Positions 1 to 13,800 of a DNA stretch of 64,000 nt are shown one piece after another. Below the pieces are notes generated by a model. It saw only the letters and a program-made list of their open reading frames with translations. It was not told where the DNA came from and did no database searches. This DNA is from Octopus sinensis (Eukaryota). Position 1 is the stretch's first letter; each line of letters opens with the position of its first letter. The stretch is from contig NC_043001.1 of NCBI RefSeq assembly GCF_006345805.1, positions 39,928,001 through 39,992,000 of the forward strand, read 5' to 3'. The translations under genes and the position numbers were made by a program.

Positions 1-210
1 TGGTTATATGTCACAATCTGCAGCCTGTATATTCTTTACACACACACACACATGTACACACACATACACCCACATACACACACACACACAACATACACAC
101 ATGCATATATATATATACACAAATTCTAACATATATTTAACCAAGAGAGTTTAAAGAATATGTATCTCAATGTAGTTAACAAATCTTAATAACGTGTAAA
201 ACATACCAAC

Positions 211-315
211 CTCTTATTTTGTGGAATTTATAAGCAACAAGCCCCAAAGTTATTAATAATAATACACTTCCTACAGTACAACCAATAATTGTTCCCAAAA
301 AGACTTCTGTAATTT
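211..315 (-). CDS. Exon J: transmembrane helix and stop-transfer ([35 protein letters not shown])
   Basis: atatcttttcag acceptor in phase 1; about 24 uncharged hydrophobic residues followed by KFHKIR. The donor is either G|GTTGGT (210) or TG|GTATGT (206). Too short to appear in the ORF track. Confidence 0.82.
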
Positions 316-1321
316 CTGAAAAGATATATTAAAAAGACCCTGCATTAATATATTAAAAAGATAAAGGGCTATGAAGAATTTTTCACTAATTATCTATCCT
401 ATATTGTATGGTCAGTAGATATTGGGGTACACAGTTGCTGAAAAATTCAAAAACAATAAAAATGCACACACAGTTGTACACCCTTTTTATATCAACACAG
501 ATATTGTACAGACAATTTGTTTACAATCATTGTAACACAAAGTGTTAGCTAAAAACACTATGAATATGTTCTATAGTACACTAAAGTAATGTATTATAAG
601 CCTCAGAGTTTTTAGGTCATACCTGAAGGTTTATAGTTTTTCCACAGTGTGTCCTTATTATACCATCATTTCATTCCACTTCCATTTCTCTCTATCACAC
701 ATTTAATCCAACAAAAATGCCTTTTCATTATACATCCACTAAAAAAATCAATTTCTCAGCTTCCACTCAGTCAGTGATACATGTTAGTATTGCACATCCA
801 ACAAATGGTGTTAATTCCATTCCTAACCAATATTCATATTGTTCTTTTATGCATCATTTCAACTTCTCACAAATGCACCATGCCATCTACCTTTCATATG
901 AAGCTGCAAATTCTTTTCATTTTTAATAAGGGAAGAAAATTTTAGAACTTCTGTATTCTGTTCCAATCCAAGTTACAATTCAATCACTAGTACTACTTCT
1001 TGCACTAATCATTTTAACTACTTGGCTACTACATCTAACAAGCCAAATGAAACCCTAAGGATACTGAATTCATAATTTTCTATGTTTCTACTGTCTGAAT
1101 GCAGTTTGTGCACATAAGACCCTGGTTTCTTTACATACAATAACCAAATTGCATTACTGTGCACAAAGTGAGGGCATACATTTCACAGTATAGAATCCAC
1201 ATCTTGCCTGTATGATGTTGGCATGATGTTATACAACTTTTGAGGTCTATACTATCAAACACAGCCAATTCCTGCTCTTTAATTCTCCCCATATTAATAG
1301 AAATATCATCTCTGGTATAAG

Positions 1322-1358
<37 letters not shown>

Positions 1359-1726
1359 CATCATTATCATTATTTATCATCATCATCATCATCATCGTTT
1401 AGCGTCCGCTTTCCATGCTGGCATGGGTTGGACGGTGCAACTGGGGTCTGGGAGGCCAGAAGGCTGCACCAGGCCCAGTCTGATCTGGCAGTGTTTCTAC
1501 GTTCCACTGGCACAGGTGCCAGATGAGGCTGGCAAATGGCCACGGTCGGATGGTGCTTTTTATGTGCCACCAGCACGGAGGTCAGGCGAGGCTGGCAAAC
1601 GGCCACGATCGGATGGTGCTTTTTACATGCCACCGGCACGGAAGCCAGTCAGAGCAGCACTGGCAACGGCCATGTTCGGATGGTTCTCTTATGTGCCACC
1701 AGCACTGGTATCACAGCTACGATTTC

Positions 1727-1807
<81 letters not shown>

Positions 1808-4800
1808 TGATGATGATAATAATAAAATTATTGACTATAGTGCTCAGGTGCACTACAACTCATCAAAGGTGCATGTACAGTACATAGAATTATGTACAAA
1901 AGTCAGGAAAGTAAACAGTGTACGAATCATGTTATATGTTATACATGTGTGCATGTGTATGGAGGCAGAGATATCAGGTGTAATGTTAGCAAATTTCAGG
2001 AAGCATACAGGTTTTAAAGGATGCAATGTCTTGGCAATTAACAACTGTTGCAGGTAGTTTGTTTCATACCTAACAACTCTGAGTGTAAAAGATGTTTCCA
2101 AAAGTCATGGGAGCTGTGCTGTTTTCTGACTTTGTAGGCATGCCCACGTGGGTTAGACATATAGAGCTCAAAGAAGGCTCAAGGTGGCTGTTGGCACAAT
2201 GCTTAATAATTTTGTAGGTGTTTTCCAAGTCAGTTGCCAGACGTCGAAGCTTCAATGTATCTATGCCCAGGGAAGCAAAGCATTCAGAGTATGTTAGATG
2301 CCTGATGGAGGGTATTCACTTGGTTGCACATCTCTGAACAGTTTCCAGGAAGTCAATGTCCTGAGCAAGATAGCAGTTCCAGACTGGTGATGCTAATTCC
2401 AAGTGTGGCTGCACCATAGCCTTGAAAAGATGGCTGGACAGCAGCTGGCAAAGGTCTTGCTAAGTGATGCCAAGACACCCTTGGCCTTCTTGACAATTAT
2501 AGAGATGTAATTTGTCCAGTGCAAATCGCTGCTGACAGTAATGCCCAGGTCATGTTCACAAAGAAGACTTCTTGATATTAGTGTTGTGGACAGAGTGTGG
2601 ATGCTGGGGGTTTCCTCCCAAAATGCATGGTGGTATACTTGTCTACAGCCAGCTTGAGTTTCCAGTCCATGATCCATTGTTGCATTCTGTCCAGGTCCGA
2701 TTGCAGGAAAGATCTATAGTGTTCAGGATCTGTCCTTTTATCTCAAGGTACAGTGTGATATCATCTGCGTATTTCAGTACTGTGGCATTCTTTAAATTGG
2801 CATCTATGTCATTAATGTATGCAACTAACAAAAGGGGAACCAAGAACAGATTCCTGTGGTACACCAGATGACATAATTGTATGAATTGTATGCTTCCAAT
2901 AGATTTTATATTGATTTTCATTTTATTGTGAGATACATCAATGTTTTCTTGAATTTTTCAAGTGTATTTCTCAAAACATTTTATGCAACAATTAATTTAA
3001 TTCTATTTTATTATAATTAATTTAGCAATATAAGAAATCATGCTTTTGAAATATCTATTGAATGTTACTGAATGAATACTGTCACCATGAATTTTATTTC
3101 TTGCAATTATGATATTGTTAAAGATCTCAAAAATTAAAATTATTTTATGGATTAAAAATTAACCCAAATCATAAACACTTGCCTTGTCCATAGAACTCTA
3201 ATAGTAACCATTATTCTAACAACCTCCTAACCCTTACTCTTTCTCCTTTGAGTATTAAAAAATTAAAACCCAAATTTTAAATTTAAGCTTAAACTCTATC
3301 CCACCTGCAAAACTTAATCTAATTAAAGCAAAAGATTATTTTATTAATTTTTTAATAAAATAAAATATATAAAAATGAAATTATTGGAGGCACATGTGAT
3401 CTTCTTGAGTAGTTATAAAAAATTAAACAATAATTTATTCTATTATATATTAATTCCCTTCTTAGTAGGCTACACACCAACTCCTTATCACTTCATTTGC
3501 TGTACTATTCCATCAACACAATTCAACTAATTGACTGGGTTTCTTATGACATTTCAACAAATCCCAGAAATTTTTACACATGGAACATGAGTGAAGTACC
3601 TTTCTGTTTCTTGTGAACTGAAAGAGGATCCCTTCAACATCTCCACAGAGCTGCTTCAAAGACTTAGCTGATGGCTACTATTGGCTTGAAATTACTAGTG
3701 TAGCAAAGAAGAGAACAATAAATTCTATTACTGAAACTACACAGAAGGGTACAAGATGGCTTTGGATAGAGATGGTAAACTGGTGATTTGCTGCTACTGG
3801 GATATAATCTGAGAGGTGATCAACCATGACTGGGTTAACTGGGTGAAGGAATCTAATATTAAAAGACCTGAAACCCTCTAAGACCCAAGAAAAATATTTG
3901 ATGATGAATCCCAAAGCATCTGTGAGATGTAATTTGGAACATATAGTGTAAATTATCTATTAAAATGTCCAACAATTTATTACACTGTGAAAATTCTCAG
4001 GTTTTTCTTTTTTGATAAGCAATATTTAAAACAGTGGCCCCTCATCCATAGTTGAAGGTATAATTCTGAAAGTGTTAATAAGTTATTTTATACTTTTGAA
4101 CTATTTACTAAAATATGAAATGTTCATGAACATTTTATACAATAAACTATAAGTATAAAAGCACAGTAAACAAAAACCAAGAAATATTTACTCAAGAAAA
4201 AGGTTAAATGTCAAGTGATCCCTATTGGAAAATATTACAAAAGGAGTCATAGAAAATTATTGACTTTAGTTAAGGAACTACAGTTTGGAAACTATGCAAA
4301 GTACATTTTAACTGTCATATTTTATTCTCTTCCTAATAGTTGCAGCAAAACAAGTCTTGCATTAAGTTTAAACTTATTAACTAGAAATTTGTTTTGAATT
4401 TAAGACCATTTATTTTAACCTACAAACAAGAATATAACTAGTCAGGTTTATAGTTTCACTTAACTCATAGGTAATCAAGTTTTCTGAACTTAGTGTTACA
4501 CACAAAATCCTTGAGTTCTATACATATATGGAGCTACTTCCCCAGGTACATCAGCATTTCCATTCTGGTATTTCCCTACATTTATAATAAAATCCTCTGC
4601 CTTGTCACTGACAAACATATCTGTATTTATTCTCAGTAACATGGTGCACCAGCATGGTCATAGCCACGAGAACAAAAACAAACTGAAGAAGCAACCAATC
4701 TTCACATCAGTTAATGAAGCTTGTAGAAGTTAAGTGGTATCACAGTTAGTGCCTTATTGTCAACAAAAACCTTATCATTCTCTCCATGTTAGTAGCACTA

Positions 4801-7800
4801 ATAACATCTTTACAAAGCCCATTGCTTTGAAAAAAAGCACTTATAATGTTGCTGCCCAATGATGAGCAAGTTTGATACATACATCTCAACTTTATTTGTT
4901 TACAGTATGTAACTATTTACCCATGCTTAAGCATTTCTACCCCAATCACAGTTCCCTCTAGAAATAATTTTGTATTAAAAATACTTATCTAGAGTTGGGA
5001 TATTTAAAAAATAAATAATATTTAAGTCCTCTGAACTACATTAAGCCAGTCAAAAAATATCAAGGAATATTGAAACCAAAGCCAACTTACATCCTTGCAA
5101 TTAGAGAAATATCTGTGCTGATTTTATAAATTTGTTGAGAAATGTTTCAGACTTTATTATGCATCATGATGTTTAGCTGATTCTTTTCAAATCACTCTCT
5201 TCTGTGATTGCACAGACTTAACTGCAATTATATAATGCAGCATTGAATAGTTCAGAATTATAAGCTGTGACTGTACATAAAAACTAATAGGATTGTCGGA
5301 TTACAATACTGATTTCAAACCCTCATAATGTTGTGATGATTTTTACTAGAGAAAGTGGGGTTACATGTTGAAATTTTGCATACATATAGTTGTTTGCTAG
5401 GGCCCTATTATCAGCACCTTCTAATCATTACAGTTATTGAATTTTAATACATGATTTCAGAACTATCTTTGAGAAAATTGGCTAAGGTCTTACAGCAGAG
5501 TTTGTTAAATAATTGTGACAAATATTTCACATCTAAAAGAAATATCTGTAGACTAAAGGCCTAAAAGTCAACATGATAGTTTCAATTTATTCAAGCCAGA
5601 CAACAGTTTAAATTTCTTCCATTCCACATAATATTATTTCCCTGTAAAAATCAGAGAATATTTTATAATTATAGGCTGGATTGGGGCTGGGGAACCCCTC
5701 CTCAGTGTTCAGATTTGAAATTACTCAATGACAGAGCCTACAAAAATCCATATGAAAAGCAAAATTAAATAGTAATTTAATATATATATATATATATATA
5801 TATAGTATACTTATATAGCATACAGATGTGCTCCGCAGATTCTTTACATCTCAACTCATACCCCATTCCATATTGAAAAGTTCCCTCAATTCTGCTCTAG
5901 ACTTTTGTTCTTTAACTAATGAAAACCACGGATGAATCATCATCTTCAAGCAATCTTCTCTAAAATACTTGTCTAGCTTGCAGTGGTATCTTGTATCAAG
6001 GTAGTTCTGATACAATTTTTGCAATTTTTCTTCCTCATGTTTGCTTTGTCATCATTTAACATCAATTCAAATATTCAGTTGTAAAATGTGTGTACAATTA
6101 ACAGATTTACTAAATATTCTTGAAGGAGCTATTTGGAATCTCATAAGCAAAATAACTAAATAGATTTAACTAATTTGGACCAGTAAAAGACCAAAAAGAA
6201 GTATTATTTCAGTATTTATATGTAACAGTTCACTCTTTCCATATTTCAGTAGAAAGTTTTATCACATTCATGTCATTTCCATTCTTATTTAGATATCTTT
6301 TGCTTAATAAGCAATTAAAAATAGTAGGTAACTTGAAAAACTGATTACTAAAGTTAAAGGAATGGTTTTTCAATAAAAGTTTGCCTCTAGCAATTTCCTA
6401 GTATATTTATTAAGGGACTATTACTTTTACATCTAAATGTAAATACTAAACAAAAAACAAAACTAATACTCTATAAAACATGAAACAATATTTTAAGTGA
6501 TTAAAGAATAATTACAAACAGGTAACAACTTACCTTCAGGTCTCAAGGTAAAAACAGTCACTTCTTTCCCTATGGGGTTTTCTACAGTTAAGATATATGT
6601 ACCAAAATCGTTATCTTTGATGTCTTCTATTGTTAAACTAGTACAGTTTCCTTTGAAAGGAAACTCACTTGATAAATAATCAGTTGTTGAATATTTGTCT
6701 GAGTCAATTGATTCCTCGTTTTTTTGCCATTTTACATCAGATTTTGGATGTGAATAAAAACACTGTTTGAAAATTACATTTTCTCCATTTGAAACATTTC
6801 TCTTAGGATCATTGAATACTGAACTGAAAATAGGTTTCACTGGTGAAAAAAAAAAAAAAGAAATTAAATATTTTCTGATAACAATAAACATTATAAATTT
6901 GAAATAGATTATTCTTAAGTTTGTTTGTTTTTTTTAAAAAGATAGACTAATAAAATGTAAACAATATAATTTTATAAGAGAAATTTACTTACACGCTTTC
7001 AGTCTGATCTGATTAGTAACTACAAACATCTGTACAATTTCAGCTCCAAATTAGAATCCCTATTTCCTAAACAAATTTCAGCTCATCATCTCATTCAAAT
7101 ACAACCTTTACAAAACAACCACAGTGCATTATCCCACAGGATCCTCTAACATTGTTTCACCACATTCCATACGCTCAAATCACACAACTCCCTGTATTTC
7201 TCTAGATTCTATTTCTATAGTAATAATTATGTAAAAGATCTGAATAACCTGTCAAATGCCAAACACAATTTTGATTCATATGTAACATCCTCTCAATTTC
7301 ACACACCACTAAATCATATAAATTAACAACCACTGAGTGCTTTACAAGAATTTGTTCTACTACCATACAAACAATAATATAACACTTGAAGAAAATTCCA
7401 TCACACATATGAGACTTCAATATCAAGATTGATAAAAGAGTAAAATATACATTTATACAATATAAGTTTTTATCTCTCTTAATTGTGATTACACAGATTC
7501 TTGCTAATTAGACAACCAGCAACTCAACTTGTCAGAGTCTTTTCCACCACTCTTTTACCAACCCAATAATATGGACATATGTATATTTGCTACCAATATT
7601 GAATCCAATTTAACTTTCTACACATAACAAACATTCAATCACTTCTTTTTTTTCAACTCTACTCATTACTGAAGAAGTCACCTCTATAGCTGTTAAGTGC
7701 AAAAAACCTTTGATCACTTAAAACCAGCAAGTCAACTTTACAGTTTCAAGTGATGTCTAAAAGCAGATAACAAAGCTTACTGATTATTTTTATAGATGTA

Positions 7801-10800
7801 GTCAAATATAAGCAGTTACTGTGTAACATAAAAAGTAAAGTTTTTCAAAGTATCTGATTTTATATAACCTGTACTAGATATCACTTCAGAGATTCTGAAA
7901 CTTATGTAATTTAGAATGTAATTACCACTATCTGATATTGTCCCAAGATATTGCCTTGAAATTATTATTTCAAATTGACTAATTCCTTACAAATTTTGAA
8001 ATTTCTCCTTCTCAGAGATCATTTAATGAAGGAATATGCAATTATGTGCATCATCTCCAATAAAGACTCCAATGCTACCAAGAAACAGCCTATTGGTTTC
8101 ACAGTCAATATTTCTAAGATTATACAAATAATGTTCATTCATTTCTTACATTACCTTAAATTTCAAGACCTTTGAAGTAGTTACCAATGAAAGATCTATA
8201 AAAGTAAATCCTCTGGAAACCAGCCTTTTATGTTACAAAGTGACCTTCATGAAAGTCTAAGCAGGATATAGACATTGCTTTGCCTTCAAAAACTGATAAA
8301 AATAACGTGATATAAATTTAGAACACCCATATTACTACACTTAGAAAATAAGTCTTCTATTTGCCCAAAAGTAAACTATCCCTAAATCTATATCTTTATA
8401 ATTTGGAATAAAAATAAATATTTTATATTTAGAATACATTCTTCATACAGATATACAATAGACAGCTGAAATAATAAGAAATAATAAATTACATAATTAA
8501 ACTCAAACTGGCAACTATTTCATGACATAAAATAAATGCTTGAAAAACAGTTTCAGTTTTTTTTGTTGTTGTTATTTTTTTTATTTGATGATATTGGATT
8601 TATTAAAACTATAATTTTTAAGTATTTACATATGAAACCATTCCAGAAAATTATAGTTAAAAATTATCAATATTTTTGATATACATAAAAAAGTAACAAA
8701 GTCCAACAATGTCATTAAATAGACCAAATAACTGAAAAATTCTACCATTTTAAAAATAATAATTAAAATTGTAAACATATTTTAACATTTTAATTGTGGC
8801 TTAGTAAAATACTTGCCTGGAATTTTGTAGCTTGATGATTTATTCACATGAAAATCTTTATTGCTTACATGACACTCCCATGTGCCAGAATTATTGAAAG
8901 AAGGGCTGTTTATAGATAATACATTTTTGTTATAAGTATTCTTTATGGCATTTCCCCATTTTTGCTTCAGTTTGTATTCATAAGTCGCTGGAATTCCATC
9001 AAATGCAGTGCAATTAATTATTGTAGCATTGTACATCCCCTCTGAAATATTAATGTTTACCTGAGGAGGATCTTAAAAAAAAAATTTTAATCAGAAAAGT
9101 TTCAATTTAAAATATACAATAAAAATTAATACAAAATTTCAGTTCCATACACATTTTAAAAATAAATTTATAAATAACATGGTTATAGTAATACATGAAT
9201 GTGTCTTGTAACACTTCAGATTCTTGTGACTGACATTGAATATTTTTTCTCATGTAGTATATCATAGAAAGACACTGTGAAGGAATATATTCATTCCAAA
9301 TTCATAATCATGAACAATTTGAGCTTGTTTTACAGTGATCTTATCTTGTTTTTGTACAACAACCCAGTTCTTCCAAAAAAACATCTAGAAATAATTTTTT
9401 CATTTTTTGTCTCAATCCTTCATTCTCATTTGAACCTTTAACTGACACAACAATATTTTTACTCAGAACACTTACGGGCAGAGCCCACAATTTGAATAGT
9501 TTCATCCCCTCTGTGCTGAATAAACTGAGTGAGCTTTTTAATACTTATATCTTTGCCTCTTTTGTTTAACCTCATAATGTTACGCTACATACGAAATCAC
9601 TGAAAAAATATAATCTTTTTCCCAAGTGCCACCTTTTTTGATTTCATTAATTTCAGCTTACCAACATATTTCCAAGATTTTTGGTTTATAATGGTAATGT
9701 TACTACCAGTGTCCAACTGCATTTTAACACTTGTATTTCTGATTTTCACCTTCACGAATTCCTCATCATTATATTACCAATTTCTTCCAATGACCTACTA
9801 TTTATTCTTTTTCCTTTGTTCTGATGTTTTATCATCTTCATTCTACTGTGTGTGTTTATATGTCATATATCTCCACAATAAAAGCACTCCACTGTTTTAA
9901 ATGGAAAATTTTTCCTCAAGTGTATACCCCCACATGCAAAACATGGGTTTATTTCATGATTTTTGTTGTTTTTAGAAAACACTTTATCTTTATTCTGACT
10001 ATTTCACACTTGCTTTACTTGGAAACAATCTTATGTTCAATTTCCTCTGTGCTGTGCCTTAATTTGACTATCCTTTCACATTCTTCTGACACTTGCTGTA
10101 GGGTTTCATCATGGTATTGTTCCAGCTTTGTGAGAACTCTAGTTCTAACTTCTGTGTCCTTTTCAATAGTAAATCCATGTGTAAAAAATCAAGCATCTTA
10201 ACATATCTAACATTAATTCGTCCAGCTTAAACTTCTCACATTTCCTGTTTATTCTACCAGCATATGTGATGTAGTCCTCATCATTGTTCTCCATGTTCAG
10301 ACACTTCCAACGTGTCATTGAATAATGCTCATTGAAAAAGCTCATTGAACAATGTGCTTTTTTCACTGAAAGTTTTAAACACTTATCTATTGTGTATATT
10401 TCCTATTTAGTATTGGGGAAGTTTCATTTATAAGGATGTACTCTCGAATTTGTCTGAGTGTTGGGTTTTTTGGGTGCTTGGTTAAGATGCAGATGTCAAG
10501 TTGACCCAAGTTGCATCCATGGTGGTCTTTGGCATGTTGGTAGAGTATGGAGGACTATTTTTTGTCTCATTTAGATGTTCATTTAGTCATTCCACAATGC
10601 TCCTAGATGTCTCCCCTATGTACGTCATGGTCATGTCTTTACAAGCATTTTCTATGCATCTTATGCTGTAAACTACATTTCGAGTTCTACAGTTAATGTC
10701 AGGGCTAATCCTACATGCCATGCAGTTATCAGGGTGAACACGTGGTATAAAACCGACAAATATAAAGGAGTGATGTTTGTAGAGGCCACAGCCCTTGGAG

Positions 10801-13800
10801 AACTAGCCTGTAGATTTAGAAAAGCTCTGAAGGAGACCAAACTCAACATTAAGATTGTCGAAAAGCCAGGGAACTCTGTCAAATCACAACTATGTAGGAC
10901 GTACCCCTTTGAGAATACCATATGCACCAATGGGGAGACATCTATGAGCATTGTGGAAAGACTAAATGAACATCTGAGACAATATGACGACAGAAAACAG
11001 TCCTCCATATTCTACCAACATGCCAAAGACCACTAATGGAGGCAACTTGGGTCAACTTGACATCCGCATCTTATCCAAGTACCCAAAAGACCCAACACTC
11101 AGACAAATACGGGAGTACGTCCTTATAAATGAAACTTCCCCAATACTAAATAGGAAATATCCATAGTAGATACTATATCTATTGTCTCATTAAAGTTTAT
11201 GTCTGAAGGTTTTCTTGGGAGTACATAATTACTGTATCATTCATGTTCTGTTGCCTCCACATTTCTCAAGATTAAGTGCATTTTCATCTCGTCGTCCCAA
11301 TCTTTACATTTTTTCTCAAAGATTTTCTCATATCTTCTGCAGTATGCTTCAAAGGTAACTCTTTCATCAGGTTCGTATTTGAACTCTGTTATGGAGTTTG
11401 TGACACAGTCTGTTGAGGACACTTTTTCTGACTTTCTTGATGACTTCAGTAATTGCAGCATTTGTTTCTGTAATATTATTTGTTGTTGTTGTTTCTTTTG
11501 TTGTTCTTGCAGTTACATCTGCTGCTGTTGTCGTTCTTTCAGTTGTTGTTGGTAGTGTTGCTCTTTCAGTTGCTGTTCTCGCAACTCACGCAAACTGGCC
11601 AACAAATTTTCCATAATTTTCCAATTTTTTTCTGTAAAATTCACACAACAAAACTTTGAGAGTGTATTAACTCTTCTTTGAGATTCTATTTACTTCACAT
11701 GAATTGTTTTATCCTTGTCAAGCTTATTAGTTACTTATGAATTATTTAAATTCTCATTGCCACTGTTATAGTCCTTATAATGTTGGATTATTATAATGTC
11801 ACTCCAGTATACGATATACTTAGTAAAACCAGTAAAGACATGACTATCTCTTATCACTTACTATGTACTCTGGTACTTCATGTACTTCTCTTTACTTAGA
11901 GTGACTAGGCTATTCCATTTGTCACATGGGTGGGGTGTACCATTATTACTAATTCCCGACAACAAATAATGAAATATTATAGAAATTAAATTTGCTGAGA
12001 TAAAATCTAATCAAAAGATACGTCAATGTGAAGAAATAGGGCAGTTCAAGTTTACAGAATATACCAATAGAAACAAGGAGGTTATAAAGAGAAAAATAAA
12101 CTTTAGAGACAGAAAAACTATAACTACTCAAATAGTCTAAACTGGATAAATTGATTTGATGGTTGCTTATAATAAATCAATTACTAAAATCAAGGATCAA
12201 CAAACTCAAATCATTTTTAAAATTCTTTTGTTCATTTTTTTACACAGAAGGTAAATTCATGCTCCTAACCTGAGGAAGTTCTGAAGCTATACAGCAACAA
12301 ATTGCATAGAATAGGTGTCCTTAATATTTTCAATGTAAAGACTGTGGATATAGCAGAAATGATGTGTTAGATTAATATGTTATATTTTTTCATATATCAG
12401 TCAATAAAAAGTATCAGCAAATATTATTGTAGTGAAACTGCTACAGTTTATATTCAGCTAACATAAATTTCTGCAAGAAGACCACAAGTGTGCTTGGGAC
12501 AGAATTCCACAATGTTCACTCCTGAGGCAGTTTGATTGTACATAATGGTCAACACAGGGCCTGGGCAATGAGACACAGTAATAATGAGAAGAGTGGTTGA
12601 GACAAATTCATTAAATGATTGTGTCAGTCTCAGAGCAGTGTTTATATAAATAGTGATAGAATGGGCAGGGAGAAGAAACATCACATGTGTAGGATGGAGG
12701 CTGTAATGTGTGGGTGAGTTATTACCAATGAGTGAGACTTTTATAGAGCACAAGATGTTTGTATACATTGTGGGTTACATCAAGGCTAAAATAATTTCTG
12801 GCTTTCAAGGGGAAAAGCTAGCCATTGGAATGCAGTTTCAGCTAGGTTAAGTATGCAGGTTTTCAGGATATATCACTAGAAATTGTGAAACCTACCTTTT
12901 ATAGTGACTACAACCTTAATATTATTCAGTTTTATTTTCCTCAGTTCCACACAGGCTGACTTTACATTTCCTTATTCTTTATTGATAATGCATATAGTGA
13001 TACTTGACTACATCCCTTCCTTACATAATTACCCACTTTCCAAAAGAATTGGACACCATTGCAAAATGATTGGCAATAAGAAGGATATTCAGATGTAAAA
13101 ACCATGACATCCCCACCAATACCAGAAAAGAAGTCTTATATACCAGAGAAAGATTGGTGATTTTTATCTGATGTTGAAAGGAGTATCAGATGATGATGGA
13201 CTATGACAAATGACAAGATGCTGAGCAGGAAACAAATCTCAGTATGGAAAATAAAACAAGCATAAAACAAGAGTGATACTAATGATGTTGATGCTAAAAG
13301 ATGTGCAATACCTGGTAGCATGTACCATTCTTTCACAAATTGTTTTAGGCATTTATGCAGTCATGAGCAGACATAGACACCTTATCAGCCCACCCACCTT
13401 TAATCCAGTAGATCATGAAAGATGTGACAGTTGAAGAGAGAGAGAGGGGGGATCTTCACCGGGCGTCAGCTGGTACTCATTTCAGCTGAGTAGACTAAAG
13501 CAATGTGATATGATGGCTTGTTCAAGGACACAATTTTCCACTTAGTCTGAGAATTTATGCAAAAGAAATAAAAGACAGAATCTGGAAGATTCTTAAGTTT
13601 TATAATACTTGAACTAAAATCAGTGAACAAGGTGTCAGCTTACTGGTCAATGTTAATGATGCATATTTCATTAATAATGTTCTGTGTCAGTTAGTCCACC
13701 AAGCTGTAAATAAGTACCATGAACCCAAGCAACAGGGAAATAATGTAACTAACATATATTTTCTAATGCTTCAACAATCTAATTGGTTACAAGACTTCAC

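Noticed and set aside
3678-3914. Minus-strand ORF with a hydrophobic stretch that looks like a TM exon
   Set aside because: No supporting splice sites; it is antisense to a HERO-like remnant. A much better TM exon exists at 211-315.
316-6533. Search for an FN3 exon between Ig8 and the TM
   Set aside because: Donor-like sites at 622, 5090 and about 5493 lack a convincing open phase-1 exon with FN3 motifs. None is called, although manual scanning could miss one.
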